NCBI GenBank assembly: GCA_001643675.2 | Contig: LSRY02000051.1 | Location: 1 to 64,000, forward strand | Reading direction: 5' to 3' | Length of the DNA stretch: 64,000 nt | Source of the DNA: Monocercomonoides exilis PA203 | Taxonomy: Eukaryota; Protista; Preaxostyla | Shown here: piece after piece, positions 12,301-27,300 of the stretch | Numbering within the stretch: position 1 is the first letter of the stretch | Layout: every line of letters begins with the position of its first letter | Translations under genes and position numbers: made by a program | Notes under the pieces: model-generated | Told to the model about the DNA's origin: nothing | Seen by the model: only the letters and a program-made list of their open reading frames with translations | Database searches by the model: none

Positions 12301-15300
12301 TGATGGGAGAGCGTTGCAAGGCGCTCCCCACTCTCGACGAGCCGGAAGGAACGCGCTGCGCGCTGCCCTAGGCCTTTTCCAGTCAATTTCCCTTATTAAC
12401 CGAATTTTCTTTTGTTTTTTTTTTTTGCGGGGCGGGGAGGGCGCGGTGAGTGGTGTGGCCTGCTGTGCAGGCCACAGGAGCCAGGGGGCTATTTACACAA
12501 ATTTTGTAATTTTTGTCGAAAAGAAGTATTGAGAATAATTGGTGTTGAGTGATATTTCGGGTGAGAGGGCCTTCTCAGAGGGAAAAGCCTTCCCACCCAA
12601 AAATATCAATGAAATATTTCTCAAAACTTCACCAAGTGATGTGACAATGCAAGAGAGTGTGATGGGAGAGCGTTGCAAGGCGCTCCCCACTCTCGACGAG
12701 CCGGAAGGAACGCGCTGCGCGCTGCCCTAGGCCTTTTCCAGTCAATTTCCCTTATTAACCGAATTTTCTTTGTTTTTTTTTGCGGGGCGGGGAGGGCGCG
12801 GTGAGTGGTGTGGCCTGCTGTGCAGGCCACAGGAGCCAGGGGGCTATTTACACAAATTTTGTAATTTTTGTCGAAAAAGAAGTATTGAGAATAATTGGTG
12901 TTGAGTGATATTTCGGGTGAGAGGGCCTTCTCAGAGGGAAAAGCCTTCCCACCCAAAAATATCAATGAAATATTTCTCAAAACTTCACCAAGTGATGTGA
13001 CAATGCAAGAGAGTGTGATGGGAGAGCGTTGCAAGGCGCTCCCCACTCTCGACGAGCCGGAAGGAACGCGCTGCGCGCTGCCCTAGGCCTTTTCCAGTCA
13101 ATTTCCCTTATTAACCGAATTTTCTTTGTTTTTTTTTTGCGGGGCGGGGAGGGCGCGGTGAGTGGTGTGGCCTGCTGTGCAGGCCACAGGAGCCAGGGGG
13201 CTATTTACACAAATTTTGTAATTTTTGTCGAAAAAGAAGTATTGAGAATAATTGGTGTTGAGTGATATTTCGGGTGAGAGGGCCTTCTCAGAGGGAAAAA
13301 GCCTTCCCACCCAAAAATATCAATGAAATATTTCTCAAAACTTCACCAAGTGATGTGACAATGCAAGAGAGTGTGATGGGAGAGCGTTGCAAGGCGCTCC
13401 CCACTCTCGACGAGCCGGAAGGAACGCGCTGCGCGCTGCCCTAGGCCTTTTCCAGTCAATTTCCCTTATTAACCGAATTTTCTTTTGTTTTTTTTTTTTG
13501 CGGGGCGGGGAGGGCGCGGTGAGTGGTGTGGCCTGCTGTGCAGGCCACAGGAGCCAGGGGGCTATTTACACAAATTTTGTAATTTTTGTCGAAAAAGAAG
13601 TATTGAGAATAATTGGTGTTGAGTGATATTTCGGGTGAGAGGGCCTTCTCAGAGGGAAAAGCCTTCCCACCCAAAAATATCAATGAAATATTTCTCAAAA
13701 CTTCACCAAGTGATGTGACAATGCAAGAGAGTGTGATGGGAGAGCGTTGCAAGGCGCTCCCCACTCTCGACGAGCCGGAAGGAACGCGCTGCGCGCTGCC
13801 CTAGGCCTTTTCCAGTCAATTTCCCTTATTAACCGAATTTTCTTTGTTTTTTTTTGCGGGGCGGGGAGGGCGCGGTGAGTGGTGTGGCCTGCTGTGCAGG
13901 CCACAGGAGCTCAGGGGGCTATTTACACAAATTTTGTAATTTTTGTCGAAAAGAAGTATTGAGAATAATTGGTGTTGAGTGATATTTCGGGTGAGAGGGC
14001 CTTCTCAGAGGGAAAAAGCCTTCCCACCCAAAAATATCAATGAAATATTTCTCAAAACTTCACCAAGTGATGTGACAATGCAAGAGAGTGTGATGGGAGA
14101 GCGTTGCAAGGCGCTCCCCACTCTCGACGAGCCGGAAGGAACGCGCTGCGCGCTGCCCTAGGCCTTTTCCAGTCAATTTCCCTTATTAACCGAATTTTCT
14201 TTGTTTTTTTTTTTTGCGGGGCGGGGAGGGCGCGGTGAGTGGTGTGGCCTGCTGTGCAGGCCACAGGAGCCAGGGGGCTATTTACACAAATTTTGTAATT
14301 TTTGTCGAAAAAGAAGTATTGAGAATAATTGGTGTTGAGTGATATTTCGGGTGAGAGGGCCTTCTCAGAGGGAAAAGCCTTCCCACCCAAAAATATCAAT
14401 GAAATATTTCTCAAAACTTCACCAAGTGATGTGACAATGCAAGAGAGTGTGATGGGAGAGCGTTGCAAGGCGCTCCCCACTCTCGACGAGCCGGAAGGAA
14501 CGCGCTGCGCGCTGCCCTAGGCCTTTTCCAGTCAATTTCCTTATTAACCGAATTTTCTTTTGTTTTTTTTTTTTGCGGGGCGGGGAGGGCGCGGTGAGGT
14601 GGTGTGGCCTGCTGTGCAGGCCACAGGAGCCAGGGGGCTATTTACACAAATTTTGTAATTTTTGTCGAAAAAGAAGTATTGAGAATAATTGGTGTTGAGT
14701 GATATTTCGGGTGAGAGGGCCTTCTCAGAGGGAAAAAGCCTTCCCACCCAAAAATATCAATGAAATATTTCTCAAAACTTCACCAAGTGATGTGACAATG
14801 CAAGAGAGTGTGATGGGAGAGCGTTGCAAGGCGCTCCCCACTCTCGACGAGCCGGAAGGAACGCGCTGCGCGCTGCCCTAGGCCTTTTCCAGTCAATTTC
14901 CCTTATTAACCGAATTTTCTTTGTTTTTTTTTTTGCGGGGCGGGGAGGGCGCGGTGAGTGGTGTGGCCTGCTGTGCAGGCCACAGGAGCCAGGGGGCTAT
15001 TTACACAAATTTTGTAATTTTTGTCGAAAAAGAAGTATTGAGAATAATTGGTGTTGAGTGATATTTCGGGTGAGAGGGCCTTCTCAGAGGGAAAAGCCTT
15101 CCCACCCAAAAATATCAATGAAATATTTCTCAAAACTTCACCAAGTGATGTGACAATGCAAGAGAGTGTGATGGGAGAGCGTTGCAAGGCGCTCCCCACT
15201 CTCGACGAGCCGGAAGGAACGCTGCGCGCTGCCCTAGGCCTTTTCCAGTCAATTTCCCTTATTAACCGAATTTTCTTTGTTTTTTTTTTGCGGGGCGGGG

Positions 15301-18300
15301 AGGGCGCGGTGAGTGGTGTGGCCTGCTGTGCAGGCCACAGGAGCCAGGGGGCTATTTACACAAATTTTGTAATTTTTGTCGAAAAAGAAGTATTGAGAAT
15401 AATTGGTGTTGAGTGATATTTCGGGTGAGAGGGCCTTCTCAGAGGGAAAAGCCTTCCCACCCAAAAATATCAATGAAATATTTCTCAAAACTTCACCAAG
15501 TGATGTGACAATGCAAGAGAGTGTGATGGGAGAGCGTTGCAAGGCGCTCCCCACTCTCGACGAGCCGGAAGGAACGCGCTGCGCGCTGCCCTAGGCCTTT
15601 TCCAGTCAATTTCCCTTATTAACCGAATTTTCTTTGTTTTTTTTTTTGCGGGGCGGGGAGGGCGCGGTGGAGTGGTGTGGCCTGCACAGCAGGCCACAGG
15701 AGCCAGGGGGCTATTTACACAAATTTTGTAATTTTTGTCGAAAAAGAAGTATTGAGAATAATTGGTGTTGAGTGATATTTCGGGTGAGAGGGCCTTCTCA
15801 GAGGGAAAAGCCTTCCCACCCAAAAATATCAATGAAATATTTCTCAAAACTTCACCAAGTGATGTGACAATGCAAGAGAGTGTGATGGGAGAGCGTTGCA
15901 AGGCGCTCCCCACTCTCGACGAGCCGGAAGGAACGCTGCGCGCTGCCCTAGGCCTTTTCCAGTCAATTTCCCTTATTAACCGAATTTTCTTTGTTTTTTT
16001 TTGCGGGGCGGGGAGGGCGCGGTGAGTGGTGTGGCCTGCTGTGCAGGCCACAGGAGCCAGGGGGCTATTTACACAAATTTTGTAATTTTTGTCGAAAAAG
16101 AAGTATTGAGAATAATTGGTGTTGAGTGATATTTCGGGTGAGAGGGCCTTCTCAGAGGGAAAAAGCCTTCCCACCCAAAAATATCAATGAAATATTTCTC
16201 AAAACTTCACCAAGTGATGTGACAATGCAAGAGAGTGTGATGGGAGAGCGTTGCAAGGCGCTCCCCACTCCTCGACGAGCCGGAAGGAACGCGCTGCGCG
16301 CTGCCCTGAGTGGTTGGCCTGCACAGACAAAGGGGGCTATTTACACAAATTTTGTAATTTTTGTCGAAAAAGAAGTATTGAGAATAATTGGTGTTGAGTG
16401 ATATTTCGGGTGAGAGGGCCTTCTCAGAGGGAAAAAGCCTTCCCACCCAAAAATATCAATGAAATATTTCTCAAAACTTCACCAAGTGATGTGACAATGC
16501 AAGAGAGTGTGATGGGAGAGCGTTGCAAGGCGCTCCCCACTCTCGACGAGCCGGAAGGAACGCGCTGCGCGCTGCCCTAGGCCTTTCCAGTCAATTTCCC
16601 TTATTAACCGAATTTTCTTTGTTTTTTTTTGCGGGGCGGGGAGGGCGCGGTGAGTGGTGTGGCCTGCTGTGCAGGCCACAGGAGCCAGGGGGCTATTTAC
16701 ACAAATTTTGTAATTTTTGTCGAAAAAGAAGTATTGAGAATAATTGGTGTTGAGTGATATTTCGGGTGAGAGGGCCTTCTCAGAGGGAAAAAGCCTTCCC
16801 ACCCAAAAAATATCAATGAAATATTTCTCAAAACTTCACCAAGTGATGTGACAATGCAAGAGAGTGTGATGGGAGAGCGTTGCAAGGCGCTCCCCACTCC
16901 TCGACGAGCCGGAAGGAACGCGCTGCGCGCTGCCCTAGGCCTTTTCCAGTCAATTTCCCTTATTAACCGAATTTTCTTTGTTTTTTTTTTTGCGGGGCGG
17001 GGAGGGCGCGGTGAGGTGGTGTGGCCTGCTGTGCAGGCCACAGGAGCCAGGGGGCTATTTACACAAATTTTGTAATTTTTGTCGAAAAAGAAGTATTGAG
17101 AATAATTGGTGTTGAGTGATATTTCGGGTGAGAGGGCCTTCTCAGAGGGAAAAAGCCTTCCCACCCAAAAATATCAATGAAATATTTCTCAAAACTTCAC
17201 CAAGTGATGTGACAATGCAAGAGAGTGTGATGGGAGAGCGTTGCAAGGCGCTCCCCACTCTCGACGAGCCGGAAGGAACGCGCTGCGCGCTGCCCTAGGC
17301 CTTTTCCAGTCAATTTCCCTTATTAACCGAATTTTCTTTGTTTTTTTTTTTGCGGGGCGGGGAGGGCGCGGTGAGTGGTGTGGCCTGCACAGCAGGCCAC
17401 AGGAGCCAGGGGGCTATTTACACAAATTTTGTAATTTTTGTCGAAAAAGAAGTATTGAGAATAATTGGTGTTGAGTGATATTTCGGGTGAGAGGGCCTTC
17501 TCAGAGGGAAAAAGCCTTCCCACCCAAAAATATCAATGAAATATTTCTCAAAACTTCACCAAGTGATGTGACAATGCAAGAGAGTGTGATGGGAGAGCGT
17601 TGCAAGGCGCTCCCCACTCTCGACGAGCCGGAAGGAACGCGCTGCGCGCTGCCCTAGGCCTTTTCCAGTCAATTTCCCTTATTAACCGAATTTTCTTTGT
17701 TTTTTTTTTTGCGGGGCGGGGAGGGCGCGGTGAGTGGTGTGGCCTGCACAGCAGGCCACAGGAGCCAGGGGGCTATTTACACAAATTTTGTAATTTTTGT
17801 CGAAAAAGAAGTATTGAGAATAATTGGTGTTGAGTGATATTTCGGGTGAGAGGGCCTTCTCAGAGGGAAAAGCCTTCCCACCCAAAAATATCAATGAAAT
17901 ATTTCTCAAAACTTCACCAAGTGATGTGACAATGCAAGAGAGTGTGATGGGAGAGCGTTGCAAGGCGCTCCCCACTCTCGACGAGCCGGAAGGAACGCGC
18001 TGCGCGCTGCCCTAGGCCTTTTCCAGTCAATTTCCCTTATTAACCGAATTTTCTTTGTTTTTTTTTTTGCGGGGCGGGGAGGGCGCGGTGAGTGGTGTGG
18101 CCTGCTGTGCAGGCCACAGGAGCCAGGGGGCTATTTACACAAATTTTGTAATTTTTGTCGAAAAAGAAGTATTGAGAATAATTGGTGTTGAGTGATATTT
18201 CGGGTGAGAGGGCCTTCTCAGAGGGAAAAAGCCTTCCCACCCAAAAATATCAATGAAATATTTCTCAAAACTTCACCAAGTGATGTGACAATGCAAGAGA

Positions 18301-21300
18301 GTGTGATGGGAGAGCGTTGCAAGGCGCTCCCCACTCTCGACGAGCCGGAAGGAACGCGCTGCGCGCTGCCCTAGGCCTTTTCCAGTCAATTTCCCTTATT
18401 AACCGAATTTTCTTTGTTTTTTTTTGCGGGGCGGGGAGGGCGCGGTGAGTGGTGTGGCCTGCACAGCAGGCCACAGGAGCCAGGGGGCTATTTACACAAA
18501 TTTTGTAATTTTTGTCGAAAAAGAAGTATTGAGAATAATTGGTGTTGAGTGATATTTCGGGTGAGAGGGCCTTCTCAGAGGGAAAAGCCTTCCCACCCAA
18601 AAATATCAATGAAATATTTCTCAAAACTTCACCAAGTGATGTGACAATGCAAGAGAGTGTGATGGGAGAGCGTTGCAAGGCGCTCCCCACTCTCGACGAG
18701 CCGGAAGGAACGCGCTGCGCGCTGCCCTAGGCCTTTTCCAGTCAATTTCCCTTATTAACCGAATTTTCTTTGTTTTTTTTTTTTGCGGGGCGGGGAGGGC
18801 GCGGTGAGTGGTGTGGCCTGCACAGCAGGCCACAGGAGCCAGGGGGCTATTTACACAAATTTTGTAATTTTTGTCGAAAAAGAAGTATTGAGAATAATTG
18901 GTGTTGAGTGATATTTCGGGTGAGAGGGCCTTCTCAGAGGGAAAAGCCTTCCCACCCAAAAATATCAATGAAATATTTCTCAAAACTTCACCAAGTGATG
19001 TGACAATGCAAGAGAGTGTGATGGGAGAGCGTTGCAAGGCGCTCCCCACTCTCGACGAGCCGGAAGGAACGCGCTGCGCGCTGCCCTAGGCCTTTTCCAG
19101 TCAATTTCCCTTATTAACCGAATTTTCTTTTGTTTTTTTTTTGCGGGGCGGGGAGGGCGCGGTGAGTGGTGTGGCCTGCACAGCAGGCCACAGGAGCCAG
19201 GGGGCTATTTACACAAATTTTGTAATTTTTGTCGAAAAAGAAGTATTGAGAATAATTGGTGTTGAGTGATATTTCGGGTGAGAGGGCCTTCTCAGAGGGA
19301 AAAAGCCTTCCCACCCAAAAATATCAATGAAATATTTCTCAAAACTTCACCAAGTGATGTGACAATGCAAGAGAGTGTGATGGGAGAGCGTTGCAAGGCG
19401 CTCCCCACTCTCGACGAGCCGGAAGGAACGCGCTGCGCGCTGCCCTAGGCCTTTCCAGTCAATTTCCCTTATTAACCGAATTTTCTTTGTTTTTTTTGCG
19501 GGGCGGGGAGGGCGCGGTGAGTGGTGTGGCCTGCACAGCAGGCCACAGGAGCCAGGGGGCTATTTACACAAATTTTGTAATTTTTGTCGAAAAAGAAGTA
19601 TTGAGAATAATTGGTGTTGAGTGATATTTCGGGTGAGAGGGCCTTCTCAGAGGGAAAAGCCTTCCCACCCAAAAATATCAATGAAATATTTCTCAAAACT
19701 TCACCAAGTGATGTGACAATGCAAGAGAGTGTGATGGGAGAGCGTTGCAAGGCGCTCCCCACTCTCGACGAGCCGGAAGGAACGCGCTGCGCGCTGCCCT
19801 AGGCCTTTTCCAGTCAATTTCCTTATTAACCGAATTTTCTTTGTTTTTTTTTTTGCGGGGCGGGGAGGGCGCGGTGAGTGGTGTGGCCTGCACAGCAGGC
19901 CACAGGAGCCAGGGGGCTATTTACACAAATTTTGTAATTTTTGTCGAAAAGAAGTATTGAGAATAATTGGTGTTGAGTGATATTTCGGGTGAGAGGGCCT
20001 TCTCAGAGGGAAAAGCCTTCCCACCCAAAAATATCAATGAAATATTTCTCAAAACTTCACCAAGTGATGTGACAATGCAAGAGAGTGTGATGGGAGAGCG
20101 TTGCAAGGCGCTCCCCACTCTCGACGAGCCGGAAGGAACGCGCTGCGCGCTGCCCTAGGCCTTTTCCAGTCAATTTCCCTTATTAACCGAATTTTCTTTG
20201 TTTTTTTTTTTTGCGGGGCGGGGAGGGCGCGGTGAGTGGTGTGGCCTGCACAGCAGGCCACAGGAGCCAGGGGGCTATTTACACAAATTTTGTAATTTTT
20301 GTCGAAAAAGAAGTATTGAGAATAATTGGTGTTGAGTGATATTTCGGGTGAGAGGGCCTTCTCAGAGGGAAAAGCCTTCCCACCCAAAAATATCAATGAA
20401 ATATTTCTCAAAACTTCACCAAGTGATGTGACAATGCAAGAGAGTGTGATGGGAGAGCGTTGCAAGGCGCTCCCCACTCTCGACGAGCCGGAAGGAACGC
20501 GCTGCGCGCTGCCCTAGGCCTTTTCCAGTCAATTTCCCTTATTAACCGAATTTTCTTTGTTTTTTTTTTTGCGGGGCGGGGAGGGCGCGGTGAGTGGTGT
20601 GGCCTGCACAGCAGGCCACAGGAGCCAGGGGGCTATTTACACAAATTTTGTAATTTTTGTCGAAAAAGAAGTATTGAGAATAATTGGTGTTGAGTGATAT
20701 TTCGGGTGAGAGGGCCTTCTCAGAGGGAAAAAAGCCTTCCCACCCAAAAATATCAATGAAATATTTCTCAAAACTTCACCAAGTGATGTGACAATGCAAG
20801 AGAGTGTGATGGGAGAGCGTTGCAAGGCGCTCCCCACTCTCGACGAGCCGGAAGGAACGCGCTGCGCGCTGCCCTAGGCCTTTTCCAGTCAATTTCCCTT
20901 ATTAACCGAATTTTCTTTGTTTTTTTTTTGCGGGGCGGGGAGGGCGCGGTGAGTGGTGTGGCCTGCACAGCAGGCCACAGGAGCCAGGGGGCTATTTACA
21001 CAAATTTTGTAATTTTTGTCGAAAAAGAAGTATTGAGAATAATTGGTGTTGAGTGATATTTCGGGTGAGAGGGCCTTCTCAGAGGGAAAAAGCCTTCCCA
21101 CCCAAAAATATCAATGAAATATTTCTCAAAACTTCACCAAGTGATGTGACAATGCAAGAGAGTGTGATGGGAGAGCGTTGCAAGGCGCTCCCCACTCTCG
21201 ACGAGCCGGAAGGAACGCTGCGCGCTGCCCTAGGCCTTTTCCAGTCAATTTCCCTTATTAACCGAATTTTCTTTGTTTTTTTTTTTTGCGGGGCGGGGAG

Positions 21301-24300
21301 GGCGCGGTGAGTGGTGTGGCCTGCACAGCAGGCCACAGGAGCCAGGGGGCTATTTACACAAATTTTGTAATTTTTGTCGAAAAAGAAGTATTGAGAATAA
21401 TTGGTGTTGAGTGATATTTCGGGTGAGAGGGCCTTCTCAGAGGGAAAAGCCTTCCCACCCAAAAATATCAATGAAATATTTCTCAAAACTTCACCAAGTG
21501 ATGTGACAATGCAAGAGAGTGTGATGGGAGAGCGTTGCAAGGCGCTCCCCACTCTCGACGAGCCGGAAGGAACGCGCTGCGCGCTGCCCTAGGCCTTTTC
21601 CAGTCAATTTCCCTTATTAACCGAATTTTCTTTGTTTTTTTTTTGCGGGGCGGGGAGGGCGCGGTGAGTGGTGTGGCCTGCTGTGCAGGCCACAGGAGCC
21701 AGGGGGCTATTTACACAAATTTTGTAATTTTTGTCGAAAAAGAAGTATTGAGAATAATTGGTGTTGAGTGATATTTCGGGTGAGAGGGCCTTCTCAGAGG
21801 GAAAAAGCCTTCCCACCCAAAAATATCAATGAAATATTTCTCAAAACTTCACCAAGTGATGTGACAATGCAAGAGAGTGTGATGGGAGAGCGTTGCAAGG
21901 CGCTCCCCACTCTCGACGAGCCGGAAGGAACGCGCTGCGCGCTGCCCTAGGCCTTTTCCAGTCAATTTCCCTTATTAACCGAATTTTCTTTGTTTTTTTT
22001 TTTGCGGGGCGGGGAGGGCGCGGTGAGTGGTGTGGCCTGCACAGCAGGCCACAGGAGCCAGGGGGCTATTTACACAAATTTTGTAATTTTTGTCGAAAAA
22101 GAAGTATTGAGAATAATTGGTGTTGAGTGATATTTCGGGTGAGAGGGCCTTCTCAGAGGGAAAAAAGCCTTCCCACCCAAAAATATCAATGAAATATTTC
22201 TCAAAACTTCACCAAGTGATGTGACAATGCAAGAGAGTGTGATGGGAGAGCGTTGCAAGGCGCTCCCCACTCTCGACGAGCCGGAAGGAACGCGCTGCGC
22301 GCTGCCCTAGGCCTTTTCCAGTCAATTTCCCTTATTAACCGAATTTTCTTTGTTTTTTTTTTGCGGGGCGGGGAGGGCGCGGTGAGTGGTGTGGCCTGCA
22401 CAGCAGGCCACAGGAGCCAGGGGGCTATTTACACAAATTTTGTAATTTTTGTCGAAAAAGAAGTATTGAGAATAATTGGTGTTGAGTGATATTTCGGGTG
22501 AGAGGGCCTTCTCAGAGGGAAAAAGCCTTCCCACCCAAAAATATCAATGAAATATTTCTCAAAACTTCACCAAGTGATGTGACAATGCAAGAGAGTGTGA
22601 TGGGAGAGCGTTGCAAGGCGCTCCCCACTCTCGACGAGCCGGAAGGAACGCGCTGCGCGCTGCCCTAGGCCTTTTCCAGTCAATTTCCCTTATTAACCGA
22701 ATTTTCTTTTGTTTTTTTTTTTGCGGGGCGGGGAGGGCGCGGTGAGTGGTGTGGCCTGCACAGCAGGCCACAGGAGCCAGGGGGCTATTTACACAAATTT
22801 TGTAATTTTTGTCGAAAAGAAGTATTGAGAATAATTGGTGTTGAGTGATATTTCGGGTGAGAGGGCCTTCTCAGAGGGAAAAGCCTTCCCACCCAAAAAT
22901 ATCAATGAAATATTTCTCAAAACTTCACCAAGTGATGTGACAATGCAAGAGAGTGTGATGGGAGAGCGTTGCAAGGCGCTCCCCACTCTCGACGAGCCGG
23001 AAGGAACGCGCTGCGCGCTGCCCTAGGCCTTTTCCAGTCAATTTCCCTTATTAACCGAATTTTCTTTTGTTTTTTTTTTTGCGGGGCGGGGAGGGCGCGG
23101 TGAGTGGTGTGGCCTGCTGTGCAGGCCACAGGAGCCAGGGGGCTATTTACACAAATTTTGTAATTTTTGTCGAAAAAGAAGTATTGAGAATAATTGGTGT
23201 TGAGTGATATTTCGGGTGAGAGGGCCTTCTCAGAGGGAAAAAGCCTTCCCACCCAAAAATATCAATGAAATATTTCTCAAAACTTCACCAAGTGATGTGA
23301 CAATGCAAGAGAGTGTGATGGGAGAGCGTTGCAAGGCGCTCCCCACTCTCGACGAGCCGGAAGGAACGCGCTGCGCGCTGCCCTAGGCCTTTTCCAGTCA
23401 ATTTCCCTTATTAACCGAATTTTCTTTGTTTTTTTTTTTGCGGGGCGGGGAGGGCGCGGTGAGTGGTGTGGCCTGCTGTGCAGGCCACAGGAGCCAGGGG
23501 GCTATTTACACAAATTTTGTAATTTTTGTCGAAAAAGAAGTATTGAGAATAATTGGTGTTGAGTGATATTTCGGGTGAGAGGGCCTTCTCAGAGGGAAAA
23601 AGCCTTCCCACCCAAAAATATCAATGAAATATTTCTCAAAACTTCACCAAGTGATGTGACAATGCAAGAGAGTGTGATGGGAGAGCGTTGCAAGGCGCTC
23701 CCCACTCTCGACGAGCCGGAAGGAACGCTGCGCGCTGCCCTAGGCCTTTTCCAGTCAATTTCCCTTATTAACCGAATTTTCTTTGTTTTTTTTTTTGCGG
23801 GGCGGGGAGGGCGCGGTGAGTGGTGTGGCCTGCTGTGCAGGCCACAGGAGCCAGGGGGCTATTTACACAAATTTTGTAATTTTTGTCGAAAAAGAAGTAT
23901 TGAGAATAATTGGTGTTGAGTGATATTTCGGGTGAGAGGGCCTTCTCAGAGGGAAAAAGCCTTCCCACCCAAAAATATCAATGAAATATTTCTCAAAACT
24001 TCACCAAGTGATGTGACAATGCAAGAGAGTGTGATGGGAGAGCGTTGCAAGGCGCTCCCCACTCTCGACGAGCCGGAAGGAACGCGCTGCGCGCTGCCCT
24101 AGGCCTTTTCCAGTCAATTTCCCTTATTAACCGAATTTTCTTTGTTTTTTTTTGCGGGGCGGGGAGGGCGCGGTGAGTGGTGTGGCCTGCTGTGCAGGCC
24201 ACAGGAGCCAGGGGGCTATTTACACAAATTTTGTAATTTTTGTCGAAAAAGAAGTATTGAGAATAATTGGTGTTGAGTGATATTTCGGGTGAGAGGGCCT

Positions 24301-27300
24301 TCTCAGAGGGGAAAAAGCCTTCCCACCCAAAAATATCAATGAAATATTTCTCAAAACTTCACCAAGTGATGTGACAATGCAAGAGAGTGTGATGGGAGAG
24401 CGTTGCAAGGCGCTCCCCACTCTCGACGAGCCGGAAGGAACGCGCTGCGCGCTGCCCTAGGCCTTTTCCAGTCAATTTCCCTTATTAACCGAATTTTCTT
24501 TGTTTTTTTTTTTTGCGGGGCGGGGAGGGCGCGGTGAGTGGTGTGGCCTGCTGTGCAGGCCACAGGAGCCAGGGGGCTATTTACACAAATTTTGTAATTT
24601 TTGTCGAAAAAGAAGTATTGAGAATAATTGGTGTTGAGTGATATTTCGGGTGAGAGGGCCTTCTCAGAGGGAAAAAGCCTTCCCACCCAAAAATATCAAT
24701 GAAATATTTCTCAAAACTTCACCAAGTGATGTGACAATGCAAGAGAGTGTGATGGGAGAGCGTTGCAAGGCGCTCCCCACTCTCGACGAGCCGGAAGGAA
24801 CGCGCTGCGCGCTGCCCTAGGCCTTTTCCAGTCAATTTCCCTTATTAACCGAATTTTCTTTTGTTTTTTTTTTTGCGGGGCGGGGAGGGCGCGGTGAGTG
24901 GTGTGGCCTGCTGTGCAGGCCACAGGAGCCAGGGGGCTATTTACACAAATTTTGTAATTTTTGTCGAAAAAGAAGTATTGAGAATAATTGGTGTTGAGTG
25001 ATATTTCGGGTGAGAGGGCCTTCTCAGAGGGAAAAGCCTTCCCACCCAAAAATATCAATGAAATATTTCTCAAAACTTCACCAAGTGATGTGACAATGCA
25101 AGAGAGTGTGATGGGAGAGCGTTGCAAGGCGCTCCCCACTCTCGACGAGCCGGAAGGAACGCGCTGCGCGCTGCCCTAGGCCTTTTCCAGTCAATTTCCC
25201 TTATTAACCGAATTTTCTTTGTTTTTTTTTGCGGGGCGGGGAGGGCGCGGTGAGTGGTGTGGCCTGCTGTGCAGGCCACAGGAGCCAGGGGGCTATTTAC
25301 ACAAATTTTGTAATTTTTGTCGAAAAAGAAGTATTGAGAATAATTGGTGTTGAGTGATATTTCGGGTGAGAGGGCCTTCTCAGAGGGAAAAAGCCTTCCC
25401 ACCCAAAAATATCAATGAAATATTTCTCAAAACTTCACCAAGTGATGTGACAATGCAAGAGAGTGTGATGGGAGAGCGTTGCAAGGCGCTCCCCACTCTC
25501 GACGAGCCGGAAGGAACGCGCTGCGCGCTGCCCTAGGCCTTTTCCAGTCAATTTCCCTTATTAACCGAATTTTCTTTGTTTTTTTTTTTGCGGGGCGGGG
25601 AGGGCGCGGTGAGTGGTGTGGCCTGCTGTGCAGGCCACAGGAGCCAGGGGGCTATTTACACAAATTTTGTAATTTTTGTCGAAAAAGAAGTATTGAGAAT
25701 AATTGGTGTTGAGTGATATTTCGGGTGAGAGGGCCTTCTCAGAGGGAAAAAGCCTTCCCACCCAAAAATATCAATGAAATATTTCTCAAAACTTCACCAA
25801 GTGATGTGACAATGCAAGAGAGTGTGATGGGAGAGCGTTGCAAGGCGCTCCCCACTCTCGACGAGCCGGAAGGAACGCGCTGCGCGCTGCCCTAGGCCTT
25901 TTCCAGTCAATTTCCCTTATTAACCGAATTTTCTTTTGTTTTTTTTTTTGCGGGGCGGGGAGGGCGCGGTGAGTGGTGTGGCCTGCTGTGCAGGCCACAG
26001 GAGCCAGGGGGCTATTTACACAAATTTTGTAATTTTTGTCGAAAAAGAAGTATTGAGAATAATTGGTGTTGAGTGATATTTCGGGTGAGAGGGCCTTCTC
26101 AGAGGGAAAAAGCCTTCCCACCCAAAAATATCAATGAAATATTTCTCAAAACTTCACCAAGTGATGTGACAATGCAAGAGAGTGTGATGGGAGAGCGTTG
26201 CAAGGCGCTCCCCACTCTCGACGAGCCGGAAGGAACGCGCTGCGCGCTGCCCTAGGCCTTTTCCAGTCAATTTCCCTTATTAACCGAATTTTCTTTGTTT
26301 TTTTTTTTGCGGGGCGGGGAGGGCGCGGTGAGTGGTGTGGCCTGCTGTGCAGGCCACAGGAGCCAGGGGGCTATTTACACAAATTTTGTAATTTTTGTCG
26401 AAAAAGAAGTATTGAGAATAATTGGTGTTGAGTGATATTTCGGGTGAGAGGGCCTTCTCAGAGGGAAAAGCCTTCCCACCCAAAAATATCAATGAAATAT
26501 TTCTCAAAACTTCACCAAGTGATGTGACAATGCAAGAGAGTGTGATGGGAGAGCGTTGCAAGGCGCTCCCCACTCTCGACGAGCCGGAAGGAACGCGCTG
26601 CGCGCTGCCCTAGGCCTTTTCCAGTCAATTTCCCTTATTAACCGAATTTTCTTTTGTTTTTTTTTTGCGGGGCGGGGAGGGCGCGGTGAGTGGTGTGGCC
26701 TGCTGTGCAGGCCACAGGAGCCAGGGGGCTATTTACACAAATTTTGTAATTTTTGTCGAAAAAGAAGTATTGAGAATAATTGGTGTTGAGTGATATTTCG
26801 GGTGAGAGGGCCTTCTCAGAGGGAAAAGCCTTCCCACCCAAAAATATCAATGAAATATTTCTCAAAACTTCACCAAGTGATGTGACAATGCAAGAGAGTG
26901 TGATGGGAGAGCGTTGCAAGGCGCTCCCCACTCTCGACGAGCCGGAAGGAACGCGCTGCGCGCTGCCCTAGGCCTTTTCCAGTCAATTTCCCTTATTAAC
27001 CGAATTTTCTTTGTTTTTTTTTTTGCGGGGCGGGGAGGGCGCGGTGAGTGGTGTGGCCTGCTGTGCAGGCCACAGGAGCCAGGGGGCTATTTACACAAAT
27101 TTTGTAATTTTTGTCGAAAAAGAAGTATTGAGAATAATTGGTGTTGAGTGATATTTCGGGTGAGAGGGCCTTCTCAGAGGGAAAAAGCCTTCCCACCCAA
27201 AAATATCAATGAAATATTTCTCAAAACTTCACCAAGTGATGTGACAATGCAAGAGAGTGTGATGGGAGAGCGTTGCAAGGCGCTCCCCACTCTCGACGAG

